Positions 9,071-19,200 of a stretch of 64,000 nucleotides of DNA are shown here, one piece after another (position 1 is the stretch's first letter; every line of letters begins with the position of its first letter). The notes beneath the pieces are model-generated. The model worked only from the letters and a program-made list of their open reading frames with translations. It was not told the origin of the DNA and made no database searches. Made by a program: the position numbers and the translations under genes. Source of the stretch: Pseudomonadota bacterium (GTDB lineage: Bacteria; Desulfobacterota; Desulfobulbia; Desulfobulbales; SURF-16); NCBI GenBank assembly GCA_018897105.1, contig JAHILF010000007.1, forward strand, positions 14,763 through 78,762, read 5' to 3'.

Positions 9071-10861
9071 TTATTTCCCCTGTTCCACCTGGATGATCTG
9101 AAAGGCGCCGAGCTGGGGAATACCTCCCTGGGTCAGCCTTTCTCCCTCCAGCACGGCCAGTACGTCGCCGGCCGACACAAAACCTTTGGCCACCGCTTCT
9201 TCCTTGGCCCGCAGCACCACCTGATCCCGGCTGAGCTTTTCCTTGATGATGATGGGGTTGATGTTTTTGTAGATAGAGGAATGACGGGCCACATGCACGG
9301 AATCCGTGACGAGCAGGGTGGGCACGGACCGGTTCCATTTTGATAGATGGCGGTAGATCTCCCCCTTGAAATCGATCACCATGACCGCGGCGGCATTGCC
9401 GAGACTGGCGGCGGCGGCCAGGGCGGGATTAAAGCCCTGCTGGCTTTTCATCAGTTCACAGTGGTCGCTGCTTGGCTCCGCATGGCTTTCCTCCTCGCTG
9501 ATGATCGAGGCCATGGTGCGGACCACATTGACCGGGTCAACGCCTACCGCGGTCTCGCCGGAGAGCATCACCGCATCGGTTCCTTCCCGCACCGCGACGC
9601 TGACATCCGTCACCTCGGCCCTGGTGGGGCGGTGATTGGTGGTCATGCTGTCAAGCATCTGGGTGGCGGTGATCACCGGCACGTTTGCCAGCCAGCAGCG
9701 CTTGATGATCTCGCGTTGCACCCAGGGCACTCTGGAGGCGGGCAGTTCAACCCCCATATCACCCCTGGCGATCATGATCGCATCGCTCACCTTGATGATC
9801 TCATCTATGTTTTCCACTGCCTCGGGTTTCTCAATCTTGGCCACCACCTTCAGATTCCTTTTGCCGCCGCTGAGCAGTTCTTTCACCTCGATAATGTCCT
9901 TGGCCGAGCGGACAAAGGAGAGGGCGGCAAAGTCAATGGAATGCTCAAGCCCCCAGGCCAGATCCCGTTTGTCTTTTTCCGTGACACTTGGCATGGACAG
10001 AGGGGTAGCCGGCAGGTTCATGCCCTTGCTTGATTTGAGAGTGCCGCCAGCCACTACCCGGCAGGTTACCTCGGTGCTGCCCGTTTGTTCAACGACCAGC
10101 TCCAGCAGGCCATCATCAAGCAGCACCGGGTCGCCGATTCGCAGATCGGTCAGGATCTCCGGAGCGATGGTGGAGAATCGCTCGGCAGTCCCTTCAACGG
10201 GCTCAGCCTGGATAATGACCCGGTTGCCCGCCACAAGGGCTGCATTACCCTCCCGCATCAGACCTGTTCTGATTTTCGGCCCGCACAGATCCATGAGGAT
10301 ACCCACCGGCCGGGACCATTTTTCCTCCGCCTCTCTTATCGCCGTGAGCCTTTTCTCGTGTTCCTCGTATGTGCCGTGGGAGAAGTTGAGCCGCGCAATA
10401 TCCATGCCGGCAAGAATCATCTGGCCCAATACCTCCGGCGACTGCGAGGCTGGTCCTACGGTGCAGACGATTCTGGCAAGTTTTCGCACATTTTCCGTGG
10501 AATAGGCCTTTACCCGTTCCAGGATTTCCTGGAGATGGGCGGTCTTGACGGGCTTGGGCAGAAAGCCGATGACATTGGCAAAGCGGGCCAGACGCTGCCT
10601 GATCGTTTGTTCATCAAGGCTTGAGGAGATGGCAACAATGGGGCATTGCGGAGAGATGACCAGCATGGCCTCCATGAATTTGAAGCCGTCCCATTGCGGC
10701 ATGGCAAGATCGGTGATGACCAGGTGGTAGTGTCTTGAGGTGGCCCGGTGAAAACCCTGCTGGCCGTTTTCAACCGCATCAACCCTGTGGCCAAGTTTGA
10801 CGAGTTGAGCAGCGAGCATCCTGCTGACAACCGGTGAGTCTTCAAGCAGTAAAATATGCAT
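9071..10861 (-). CDS. pyk: Response-regulator receiver domain fused to pyruvate kinase
   Basis: N-terminal REC: MHILLLEDSP...HLVITDLAMPQWDGFKF...FLPKPV. A full pyruvate kinase follows: RIVCTVGPASQSPEVL...GMDIARLNFSHGTYEEH...MDLCGPKIRTG...IMIARGDMGVELP. Confidence 0.9.
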   Translation of the reverse strand: MHILLLEDSPVVSRMLAAQLVKLGHRVDAVENGQQGFHRATSRHYHLVITDLAMPQWDGFKFMEAMLVISPQCPIVAISSSLDEQTIRQRLARFANVIGFLPKPVKTAHLQEILERVKAYSTENVRKLARIVCTVGPASQSPEVLGQMILAGMDIARLNFSHGTYEEHEKRLTAIREAEEKWSRPVGILMDLCGPKIRTGLMREGNAALVAGNRVIIQAEPVEGTAERFSTIAPEILTDLRIGDPVLLDDGLLELVVEQTGSTEVTCRVVAGGTLKSSKGMNLPATPLSMPSVTEKDKRDLAWGLEHSIDFAALSFVRSAKDIIEVKELLSGGKRNLKVVAKIEKPEAVENIDEIIKVSDAIMIARGDMGVELPASRVPWVQREIIKRCWLANVPVITATQMLDSMTTNHRPTRAEVTDVSVAVREGTDAVMLSGETAVGVDPVNVVRTMASIISEEESHAEPSSDHCELMKSQQGFNPALAAAASLGNAAAVMVIDFKGEIYRHLSKWNRSVPTLLVTDSVHVARHSSIYKNINPIIIKEKLSRDQVVLRAKEEAVAKGFVSAGDVLAVLEGERLTQGGIPQLGAFQIIQVEQGK

Positions 10862-11302
10862 TATCCGTGTCCTTTTTGTGGCAATGAAGGTGGAGGTTAT
10901 TTGTTCATCTGATCATAGCAAAAAAACATACAAGAAGTGAAATGTTAAAGAGAGTGAGGGATTTTTGCGACTGAGATTTAAAACGATGAAGCTCCGGGCG
11001 GAGTTGTTTTCCTGGTGAAAGGATTGAGTATTGCTTTGACAGAAGTACCGTGGAAAAGTATAAGTTGAATAGGGCTTATGTATCGATCGCCTTGCATAGA
11101 TGCTGCGGCATAGAGAGTGCCTGTCCACGTCCCAGACCTGAGCCTTTTTTCTTTTGACCATGCCTTGGTAGATATCTCTTGTTTTTTTTGAGTGAGATGA
11201 GATTTTGCTGGTGGCTGACCGCCAAGATGATGCACAATGAATTATAACGATTATATCTGCAGTCAGACTAGTGGTCAAAGAGGCGTCGGCTGACGGGAAA
11301 TC

Positions 11303-13117
11303 ATGGAGGTGTTTGATATGATCTTGAAAAGGATAAGACTTATCAGCTCTCTGCTGCTGTCAGCTTGCCTCATTGCCTCCGGCGCCCAGCCTGCCGGGGC
11401 AGGGGAGAAACAGAGTCCCGGACAATTGGCGGCGGAGATGATTGGTACGGGAAACACCTCATCTGCTGCTGCGCAGAACAAACGCTATCTGATCAAATTA
11501 GCACCCGCTCCTGCCGCTGAACTTGCCCGAACGCCCGCATCACTCTCGCAGATGCTGCCTGATGCCGTACCTGGTCTCATCCGGCAGATTCCCCGTTTCG
11601 GTCTGTTGGCGGCAGATCTTGACGCCAAGGGTGTGCAGAATCTCCGCAACAATCCCCGGGTTGCATTCATTGAAGAGGATCAGCTCCGCTACCTGTCCAG
11701 CCAGTATGAGCCCTACGGCATCAACATGGTACAGGCAGACCGTTTACCGGACCTGCATGCCGGCGAGGTAACGGTCTGTATCGTTGACAGCGGGTATGAT
11801 CTGCTCCATGAGGATCTCAGTGGAAACAATGTTGACGGCGTTGATATTATCGGCAGCGGCGCCTGGTATGAGGACACCAATAAGCACGGCACCCATGTGG
11901 CCGGCACCATCGCCGCCTTGAATAATCAGGTGGGTGTGGTGGGCGTTCTGCCGGGCGGCAGTATCAATCTCTATATCGCCAGGGTATTTGACTCGACGGG
12001 TTCCGCCTATGTTTCCGATATTCTGGCCGGCATGGCTGAGTGCGTCAGTCCCGGGGTTGGCGCCGATGTCATCAACATGAGTTTCGGCAGTGAAGAATCG
12101 AGCGCCAGTGAAGAAACGGCCTTTCGCGACATCGCCAACCAGGGGGTATTGCTGGTGGCTGCGGCCGGCAACAGCGGCACCACGGCTTACTCCTATCCTG
12201 CCTCGTATGATTCGGTCATCTCCGTGGCCGCAATTGACCAAAACAAGAACAGGGCCTCCTTCTCCCAGCAGAATGACCAAGTCGAACTGGCGGCCCCGGG
12301 CGTAAATGTCCTGTCCACCGTGCCCAGCGGTACGGTCACCACCCCGTTTGTTTTATCCCAGCTGATTGTCGACAATACACTGTATGCGGCGCTGAACATG
12401 CAGGGTTCTCCCTATGCCGAGGTGGACGGACTCCTGGCGGATTGCGGCATCGGCGCGGCACCATGCCCGGACGCGGTCGGGAAAATCTGTCTCATTGAGC
12501 GGGGCGGCAGTTATTTCTGGCAGAAGGTGCAGGCCTGTGAGGATGGCGGCGGCATCGGCGCAGTGATTTACAACAATGTGGATGGAACGTTTTCCGGTAC
12601 CCTGTCGGATGCGAGTACCTTTATTCCCTCTGTGTCGATTTCCCGGGCGGACGGTTTGGTTCTGCTTGGCGCCATTGGCGATGAGGCGCATCTGAGCGTC
12701 GGTTTCTATCTGGATTATCAGAAGATGAGCGGCACCTCCATGGCCACCCCCCATGTCACCGGGGTTGCCGCACTTGTCTGGAGTTATCACCATACCACCT
12801 GCAGTGCCGCCCAGGTGCGGGAGGCCTTGCGGATGAGCGCCGAAGATCTCGGCCCCGCGGGTTATGACATATCCTTTGGTTATGGGCTGGTGCAGGCGGA
12901 AAACGCCAAGCTCTATCTTGACGATTTGTGCGGAGGCAGCAGTGTGGCCCGGGCTGATCTGGATGGTGACGGCGATGTAGATGGCCGGGACCTGGCTCTT
13001 TTAGCCGGTTTTTTTGCGACCGCAGCATCCTCGGCCGATCTCAACCGGGATGGTGTGATCAGCGATGGGGATCTCCAGGAATTCGCCGCTGCCTTCGGCA
13101 CGGTGCCGGTTGAATGA
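11303..13117 (+). CDS. Secreted subtilisin-like serine protease (S8) with PA insert and C-terminal dockerin-like repeats
   Basis: Signal peptide, then the catalytic triad contexts VCIVDSGYD, HGTHVAGTIAA and SGTSMATPHVTGVAAL. PA-like insert GKICLIERGG...GAVIYNN. The tail is DLDGDGDVDGRDL...DLNRDGVISDGDL. The ATG at 11318 is an alternative start. Confidence 0.9.
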   Translation: MEVFDMILKRIRLISSLLLSACLIASGAQPAGAGEKQSPGQLAAEMIGTGNTSSAAAQNKRYLIKLAPAPAAELARTPASLSQMLPDAVPGLIRQIPRFGLLAADLDAKGVQNLRNNPRVAFIEEDQLRYLSSQYEPYGINMVQADRLPDLHAGEVTVCIVDSGYDLLHEDLSGNNVDGVDIIGSGAWYEDTNKHGTHVAGTIAALNNQVGVVGVLPGGSINLYIARVFDSTGSAYVSDILAGMAECVSPGVGADVINMSFGSEESSASEETAFRDIANQGVLLVAAAGNSGTTAYSYPASYDSVISVAAIDQNKNRASFSQQNDQVELAAPGVNVLSTVPSGTVTTPFVLSQLIVDNTLYAALNMQGSPYAEVDGLLADCGIGAAPCPDAVGKICLIERGGSYFWQKVQACEDGGGIGAVIYNNVDGTFSGTLSDASTFIPSVSISRADGLVLLGAIGDEAHLSVGFYLDYQKMSGTSMATPHVTGVAALVWSYHHTTCSAAQVREALRMSAEDLGPAGYDISFGYGLVQAENAKLYLDDLCGGSSVARADLDGDGDVDGRDLALLAGFFATAASSADLNRDGVISDGDLQEFAAAFGTVPVE

Positions 13118-13273
13118 AACAATAGTGGCGAAGGTAAAATGAACACGGTAGGCTGTATTTTTTCATACGTAATGACATCAGGAGGAAGATTAAGGCGCAA
13201 GACGTGAAGGGTATCGAGACTTTCTCGGCAGGCAGATGGCCTGCCAAGACAAATATTTTCAGAGGTGAATAAA

Positions 13274-13630
13274 ATGATGAAGCAAGTCGATCAGAGAAAA
13301 CATCAACGGTACACCCCTTCTGCAAAAACATTTGTGTATACCGCCGATAGTTTTGGGCGAATACTGGACATCAGCGCTGGGGGCTTTTCTCTGCAGTACA
13401 TTGATGTGGAATCACCTATCAAAAAAAAGGAATATGTCGATATTCTTTTGGGCAACCTCTCCCTGGTGAAAGTTCCCATCACCGTTATCTGGAACAACCA
13501 CTCTTCTGCCTTAGGCAAGGATTCCATCATCATGAGCAAGGTGGGGGTAAAGTTTGCTGATCTGACAAACCAGCAGAGAGACATGATTGCCTTTTTCCTG
13601 TCACAGCATAATAACTCAGGCAATGCCTAA
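13274..13630 (+). CDS. PilZ-domain protein
   Basis: QRKHQRY (RxxxR) and LDISAGGFSL (DxSxxG). The ATG at 13274 follows AGAGGTG. Confidence 0.7.
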   Translation: MMKQVDQRKHQRYTPSAKTFVYTADSFGRILDISAGGFSLQYIDVESPIKKKEYVDILLGNLSLVKVPITVIWNNHSSALGKDSIIMSKVGVKFADLTNQQRDMIAFFLSQHNNSGNA

Positions 13631-13704
13631 AGAGCAGCTGACTCCTTATCCATCAGTCTGCCCGGCTCCTGCAAGCGGTTTCTCATCAAGGCATTTGCTT
13701 TGCC

Positions 13705-13729
13705 GGCCATTTTGTAAAAATGGCCTTTT
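13705..13729 (+). terminator. Putative intrinsic terminator after the PilZ gene
   Basis: GGCCATTTT-gta-AAAATGGCC hairpin followed by TTTT. The stem is AT-rich, so this is a weak call. Confidence 0.35.
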
Positions 13730-13888
13730 GATTGGGAAGAAACGCGCCAATAGCATGAAAAGAGCCGGGTGAGGCGGCTGTGTGCTGGCTGCCAACCCTT
13801 TTTAAAGATGAGCACGGCAAGACGCCGGCCCGAAAAACAGCATGCGGGCAGAGCTTGCCTTCACACTGTTTTATCGGTGGTCTGCTTT

Positions 13889-14386
13889 TTATTCGCTCTT
13901 AAAAAATGCATTAGCGTTGGCCCCGCAAACCGGGCATTTCTCCGGGGCCTCTTTCTCGTGGGTATGGCCGCATACCGAACAGACATAATAATCATATTCC
14001 GCGGGCGCTGCTTCAAGACTGTCCAATGCCCTCTGATACAGTTCGGCATGTGTTTTTTCCACGGCATTGGCATATTGAAAAGAGCGAAGTGCCGCTTTAT
14101 GCCCTTCCGCTTCCGCATCTTTAATCATCTGCGGGTACATATTCTTAAATTCGTGGGTCTCTCCGGCTATGGCCTCTTTCAGGTTTTCTGAGGTAGCACC
14201 CACGCCTTTCAGCGCCCGCAGATGGGCATGGGCGTGAATGGTCTCTGCCGCCGCAGCGGCCCTGAATAATTTTGCCGCCTGGGCAAAGCCTTCTTTGTCT
14301 GCCTTATTGGCAAAGGCAAGGTATTTTCTGTTTGCCTGCGATTCGCCGGCAAAGGCCTCTTGTAAATTCTCTTCTGTTTTTCCCAT
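13889..14386 (-). CDS. rbr: Rubrerythrin
   Basis: N-terminal ferritin-like diiron domain (EENLQEAFAGESQANRKY...AIAGETHEF). C-terminal rubredoxin-like CSVCGH...CPVCG. Confidence 0.9.
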   Translation of the reverse strand: MGKTEENLQEAFAGESQANRKYLAFANKADKEGFAQAAKLFRAAAAAETIHAHAHLRALKGVGATSENLKEAIAGETHEFKNMYPQMIKDAEAEGHKAALRSFQYANAVEKTHAELYQRALDSLEAAPAEYDYYVCSVCGHTHEKEAPEKCPVCGANANAFFKSE

Positions 14387-14591
14387 GGGTTATCCTTTTC
14401 GATTTTTTGATTGTCAATTCTGACTGCCAGCCGATCCCACTCACAGAAATAGAGTGGCAATCAGGTTTTTCTGGAGATGGCTCAAGTTGGTGGTCAGAGT
14501 ATAGTGAATTTTCTTCCGATATTCCAGCATTTTAGTCCTAGTGTTCCGGTAAGATTTTTTCCGGGGAGTTGCGGGGGAGAAATATCTCCAT

Positions 14592-14776
14592 AATTGAGCC
14601 TCTTGCAAAATGAACATCTACTCCGATCGGCTAAAAATATCCTGTGCGGCGTCTTCCTTGTGAAATCGTCCTCAACGTAGCACTGCTATGCTTCCGGGCG
14701 GTTTCACAACTCATCCTTGCACAGAAAATTTTTCTCTCGATCTCGCTACGACGTTCATTTTGCAAGAGGCTCAATT
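14592..14776. repeat. 185-bp palindromic (MITE-like) element
   Basis: Perfect 24-nt terminal inverted repeats: AATTGAGCCTCTTGCAAAATGAAC (14592-14615) and GTTCATTTTGCAAGAGGCTCAATT (14753-14776). The interior is itself an imperfect palindrome centred on TAGCAcTGCTA at about 14679. Confidence 0.5.
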
Positions 14777-15074
14777 GTTAAACAATTATCTCTGTGATAA
14801 GCTCGCCCGCTGACGCGGACGAGCTTATCGCCGCTGTTGAGTAAACTCGAACACCTTGACAGGTTCCGCCTTAAGGCTACACCTATCAAGGCGTTCGTCA
14901 TGTTCAGGGCGCACTATAATTTTTATCAAAGCACCAGGGGGCGGTTGGGCTATTCTGCATTGCTTTTTGACATATGGGCAAACGTAAAGTATACAATTAA
15001 ATTGTATCATTACTATGTTACGTGGTTTAACTTGGTCTCCGAACGCTCACCTCAACAGATCATTTGCCATCTTT

Positions 15075-16238
15075 ATGAACAGTCAGCCGCAGATGCAGGA
15101 ATTGGATTTCCTCCTGGTCGGTCAGGAGAAGGAGGTTCTGGAGCAGGATGCCCGCGTCCTGCAGCAGGCAGGGCATAAAAATATCCGCATTGTGCAAAGC
15201 GGCATCGAGGCGCGCCACGTGCTGAAAAACTCCCGGGTGCATTTTGTCATTACCGATCTGCAGATGCCCTGCATGAACGGCATCGAACTGCTCAGGCTCA
15301 TCAGGCGAACCCCCGGACTGTCGGATATTCCGGTGCTGATCATCTCCGATAACCGCCAGAAGGAAATGATCCTTTACGCCATTGATGAAATGGTTGACGG
15401 TTATCTGGCCACACCCTACAGGGCGGAGGATCTGCAGCAGGCCATCACTAATATCCATAAAAGAAAAAAACTCACTACCCTGCAGAATGAACTCCGCCTG
15501 GCACGGCATTTCATCCTTGCCAAAAATTATGACAAGGCCATTGACAAGGCCAAGACTGTTTTCGTCCATGACCAGAACAACAGCGAAGCCCTGTTTCTGC
15601 TCAGCGAAGGTTACTATTGGCAGCGGGAACTGGATAAGGCCAAACAGTTTCTGCATATGTACCTTAAGGGGAACCCCGCCAGCGGCAAGGGCATGCATCT
15701 GCTGAGCAAGGTGTGCCGGCTCGACGGGGCATGCGGCGATGCCTTCGGGGTGCTCTTGAAGGCCCACAAGGAGAACCCACTTAACCTTGATCTGGCCATT
15801 GATCTGGGCAAGTTTTACCTGGAAATGGAGATGGAGGACAAGGCCCGGGAAATTTTTGCTGAAGTGATGTCTGCCGGGCCCACTGACCTGAACCTCATAA
15901 AAATAGGCAAGGCCTTTTTGAAAAAGGGCAGGCCGGAGGATGCGGCGGCCTATCTCGATAAAACAATACAGCCTCTGCCGGAGACGGCCTTCATCTTCGC
16001 CCAGCTGGGGCAGCAGCAGGGCGATGCCGGCAACCTTGAGGCAGGGGTGCGCCAGTTCAGGAAATGCCTGGAGCTTGTTCCTGACCAGCCGGAATATCAG
16101 GTGAAGCTTGCCGAGCTTTACCTGAAACAGGGCGATGTTTCCCAGGCCAAAGAGTTGCTTGAACTCTGCCTGAAGAGCCACCCAGGTCATGATCAGGCAA
16201 GAAAATTGCTGAAGCCGATTGCCAGGGGGGCTGCATGA
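15075..16238 (+). CDS. Response-regulator receiver domain protein with TPR repeats
   Basis: REC core HFVITDLQMPCMNGIELLRLIR...ISDN, followed by repeated TPR-like helices (YDKAIDKAK, LDKAKQFL, EDKAREIF, GDVSQAKELL). I prefer the ATG at 15075 (MNSQPQ...). Confidence 0.75.
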   Translation: MNSQPQMQELDFLLVGQEKEVLEQDARVLQQAGHKNIRIVQSGIEARHVLKNSRVHFVITDLQMPCMNGIELLRLIRRTPGLSDIPVLIISDNRQKEMILYAIDEMVDGYLATPYRAEDLQQAITNIHKRKKLTTLQNELRLARHFILAKNYDKAIDKAKTVFVHDQNNSEALFLLSEGYYWQRELDKAKQFLHMYLKGNPASGKGMHLLSKVCRLDGACGDAFGVLLKAHKENPLNLDLAIDLGKFYLEMEMEDKAREIFAEVMSAGPTDLNLIKIGKAFLKKGRPEDAAAYLDKTIQPLPETAFIFAQLGQQQGDAGNLEAGVRQFRKCLELVPDQPEYQVKLAELYLKQGDVSQAKELLELCLKSHPGHDQARKLLKPIARGAA

Positions 16239-16257
16239 TCAGGTTTTTCCCGCCCTC

Positions 16258-19200
16258 TTATTTTTGCAATTTGCACTCCTCCCGCCAGCAGTAGAGCACC
16301 GGCACGACAAAGACGGTGAGCAGGGCGATGCTCATGCCGCCGAATGACGGAATGGCCATGGGCACCATAATGTCCGCCCCCCGGCCGCTTGAGGTGAGAA
16401 TGGGCAGCAGGGCGAGAATAGTGGTGGAGCTGGTCATGAGTGCCGGCCGGATGCGGCGTTCGGCCCCCTGCAGCACCATGGTCCGGATCTCTTCCCGGCT
16501 GCTGCGGGGAAAACGGTTTTTTGATTCATCAAGGTAGGTGGCCATCAGCACGCCGTCATCCGAGGCAATGCCGAACAGGGCAAGGAATCCGACCCAGATG
16601 GCCACCGACAGGTTGATCTGGTGCACCTGGAAAAGATCGCGCATATTGACCCCGAACAGCGTGGCATCAAGAAACCATCCCTGGCCGTAAAACCAGATCA
16701 TGAGAAATCCCCCTGACCAGGCCACGAGAATCGAGGAAAAGACCATGAGCGTCGTGGTCAGTGACTTGAACTGCAGATAGAGGATAACCATGATGGTCAG
16801 CATGGCGAGCGGCAGGATGACGGACAGCCGCTTCTGGGCTCTGATCTGATTTTCATAGTTGCCGGCAAAGGTGTAGGTCACTCCCGCCGGAATCACCAGT
16901 TCGCCTTTGTCGATTTTTTCATTAAGGAAGGCCTTGGCCTGCTCCACCACATCCACCTCGGCAAAGCCGGGCCGCTTATCAAAGAGCACATAGGCGGTGA
17001 GAAAGGTGTCTTCACTTTTAATCATCTGCGGACCACGCACATAGCGGAAATCGGCCAGCTGTGACAAGGGGATCTGTGCCCCGTTTGGTGCTGCCACCAG
17101 GATTTTCCCCAGCTCTTCGGGTGAGTCGCGCAATTCCCGCAGATATCGGACGCGCACCGGATAGCGTTCGCGCCCCTCCACCGTGGAGGTGATCATCCGG
17201 CCACCCACGGCCACGGAAATAACATCCTGCACCTGACCCAGCATAATGCCGTAACGGGCAATGGCCTCCCGGTCAATGTTGATCTCAATGTAAGGTTTGC
17301 CCACCACCCGGTCGGCCAGCACCGTGGCCGGCGAAACAGCAGGAACATGTTTGAGCAGGGCCTCAAGCTGCAGGGCAACCGCATCGATGGTCCCCAGATC
17401 CGGCCCTTTCACCTTGATGCCCATGGGGGCGCGCATGCCGGTCTGCAGCATGACGATGCGGGTGGCAATGGGCTGCAGCTTCGGGGCCGAGGTCACCCCG
17501 GGAATTTCTGCCGCGGTGACGATTGCATTCCAGATATCATCAGGGTTGATAATGCCCCGCCAGCTTTTCCGGTCGGGGTTGATGGCCGGGTCAAGGGCCG
17601 GCCGCCAGAGACGGAAGGCGCGGCCGTCAGGGTCGGCTATGAGTCTGCCCTGCCCGTCACGTTCAAAGCGACCCTGCACCAGATAGGGTGCGCCGTCCGA
17701 GGCCGGGACAGGGGCGCCTTCCCGGGTGCGGAAGAAATCTTTTTTGTCGTCGCGGAATTTAAACAGCAGCCGCTCACCGTTATCCCCCAGCAGATACTCG
17801 GAATGATAATTGATGATCGTTTCAATCATGGAAAGCGGGGCCGGATCAAGGGGGCTGTCCGCCCGGCCGAGTTTGCCCACGGCCGAGGAGATCTCCGGGA
17901 TACGGCTCAGCTGTCTGTCCTGCTGGGCCAGGACTTCCTGCACCTCGCCTATGGAGGCATGGGGCATGGTGGTGGGCATGTAGAGAAAGGAGCCTTCATC
18001 CAGGGGCGGCATGAACTCTTTGCCCAGACCGGGGAAGCTGTGGGCCAGGGAGACAAGGAGCCGGCTGCCGCGGATCATGTCCGGCAGGAAGGCGGTCATC
18101 CGCGGCACGCCCAGCCAGATCATCGCGCCCAGCAGGGTGATGACCGTGGGCAAGAGCAGAAAGGTCTTTTTGTACTGCAGGCACCAGGCCAGCATTTTTG
18201 TGTACTGGCCCTGGAAAAGCTGGAGAAATCCCAGGGTCGCGCCGATGATCAGGGCCACAAAAAGAAAATTGACCAGTGCGCCGGGCTCAATGCCCAGCGG
18301 TTCCCAGGAGCGGGCCAGCAGAATGGTGAAGATGAGGATGACCAGCCAGTTCACCAGCCGGCCGCCGGCAAGCTGTGCTCTGCCCGGCAGCCATTTGGCG
18401 CACATACGGTACAAACCGATGGCGGCAACAATCAAGCCGAGAGGACTGATAAGCCAGGTGATGACCAGGCCTGCGATCAGCAGCAAACCTGGCAGAACCA
18501 GGTTGACCAGGTAGGAGCTGTCCTGTTTTTTCACCCGCCTGAAGAGCAGGTGGGCCAGGGGCGGCAGCACTGTCAGCGCCAGGATGATGGAGGCGATCAG
18601 GGCAAAGGTCTTGGTGTAGGCCAGGGGTTTGAAGAGTTTTCCTTCCGCCGCCTGCATGGTGAATACCGGCAGAAAGCTGACAATGGTGGTGGACACGGCG
18701 GTGAGCACGGCGCTGCCCACCTCGGTGGCCGCCTCATAGATGATGACCAGGCTGTTGGCCTCCGGGCCTGCCTCATCGAGTTTTGTGACGATATTTTCAC
18801 AGATGATGATGCCCATATCGACAATGGTGCCGATGGCAATGGCGATACCGGACAGGGCGACGATATTGGCATCCACCCCGAAGACCTTCATGCCGATAAA
18901 GCTCAGCAGAACGGCAAAGGGCAGCAGGGAGGAAACCACAAATGAGCTCTTGAAGTGCATGAGCGAGATGAGCACGACAATGATGGTGATGAGAATTTCC
19001 TGGCCCAGGGCCGTCTTCAGGGTGCCGAGGGTTTCATGGATCAGGCCGGAGCGGTCATAAAAGGGCACGATGGTAATCTTGCTCTCCGTGCCGTCGGCCA
19101 GTTTTTTTGACGGCAGCCCGGGGCTGATTTCCTTGATCTTCTCCTTGATCCGCTCTATGGCGGCTAAAGGGTTGTCGCCGAAGCGGGCGACGGCCACCCC

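Noticed and set aside
14401-14425. Possible PerR/Fur-type operator (ATTGTCAAT palindrome) just upstream of rubrerythrin
   Set aside because: It is only a 9-bp palindrome with no resemblance to Fur/PerR box consensus that I can defend. It is too short to separate from chance.
17347-18945. Long antisense ORFs inside strongly identified genes. Examples: 17347..18945(+), 22127..23827(+), 4908..5885(-), 15060..16190(-), 9636..10505(+), 20889..21710(+), 40332..41429(+), 41318..42358(+), 44124..45182(+), 45287..46282(+), 30421..31182(-), 55847..56464(-), 58295..58873(-)
   Set aside because: Each lies opposite a gene with unmistakable family motifs (RND pump, TolC, PepN, pyruvate kinase, MCP, CheA, helicase, PglX). 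Their translations are G/R/H/Q/D-rich and repetitive, as expected from stop-poor antisense frames in GC-rich DNA.
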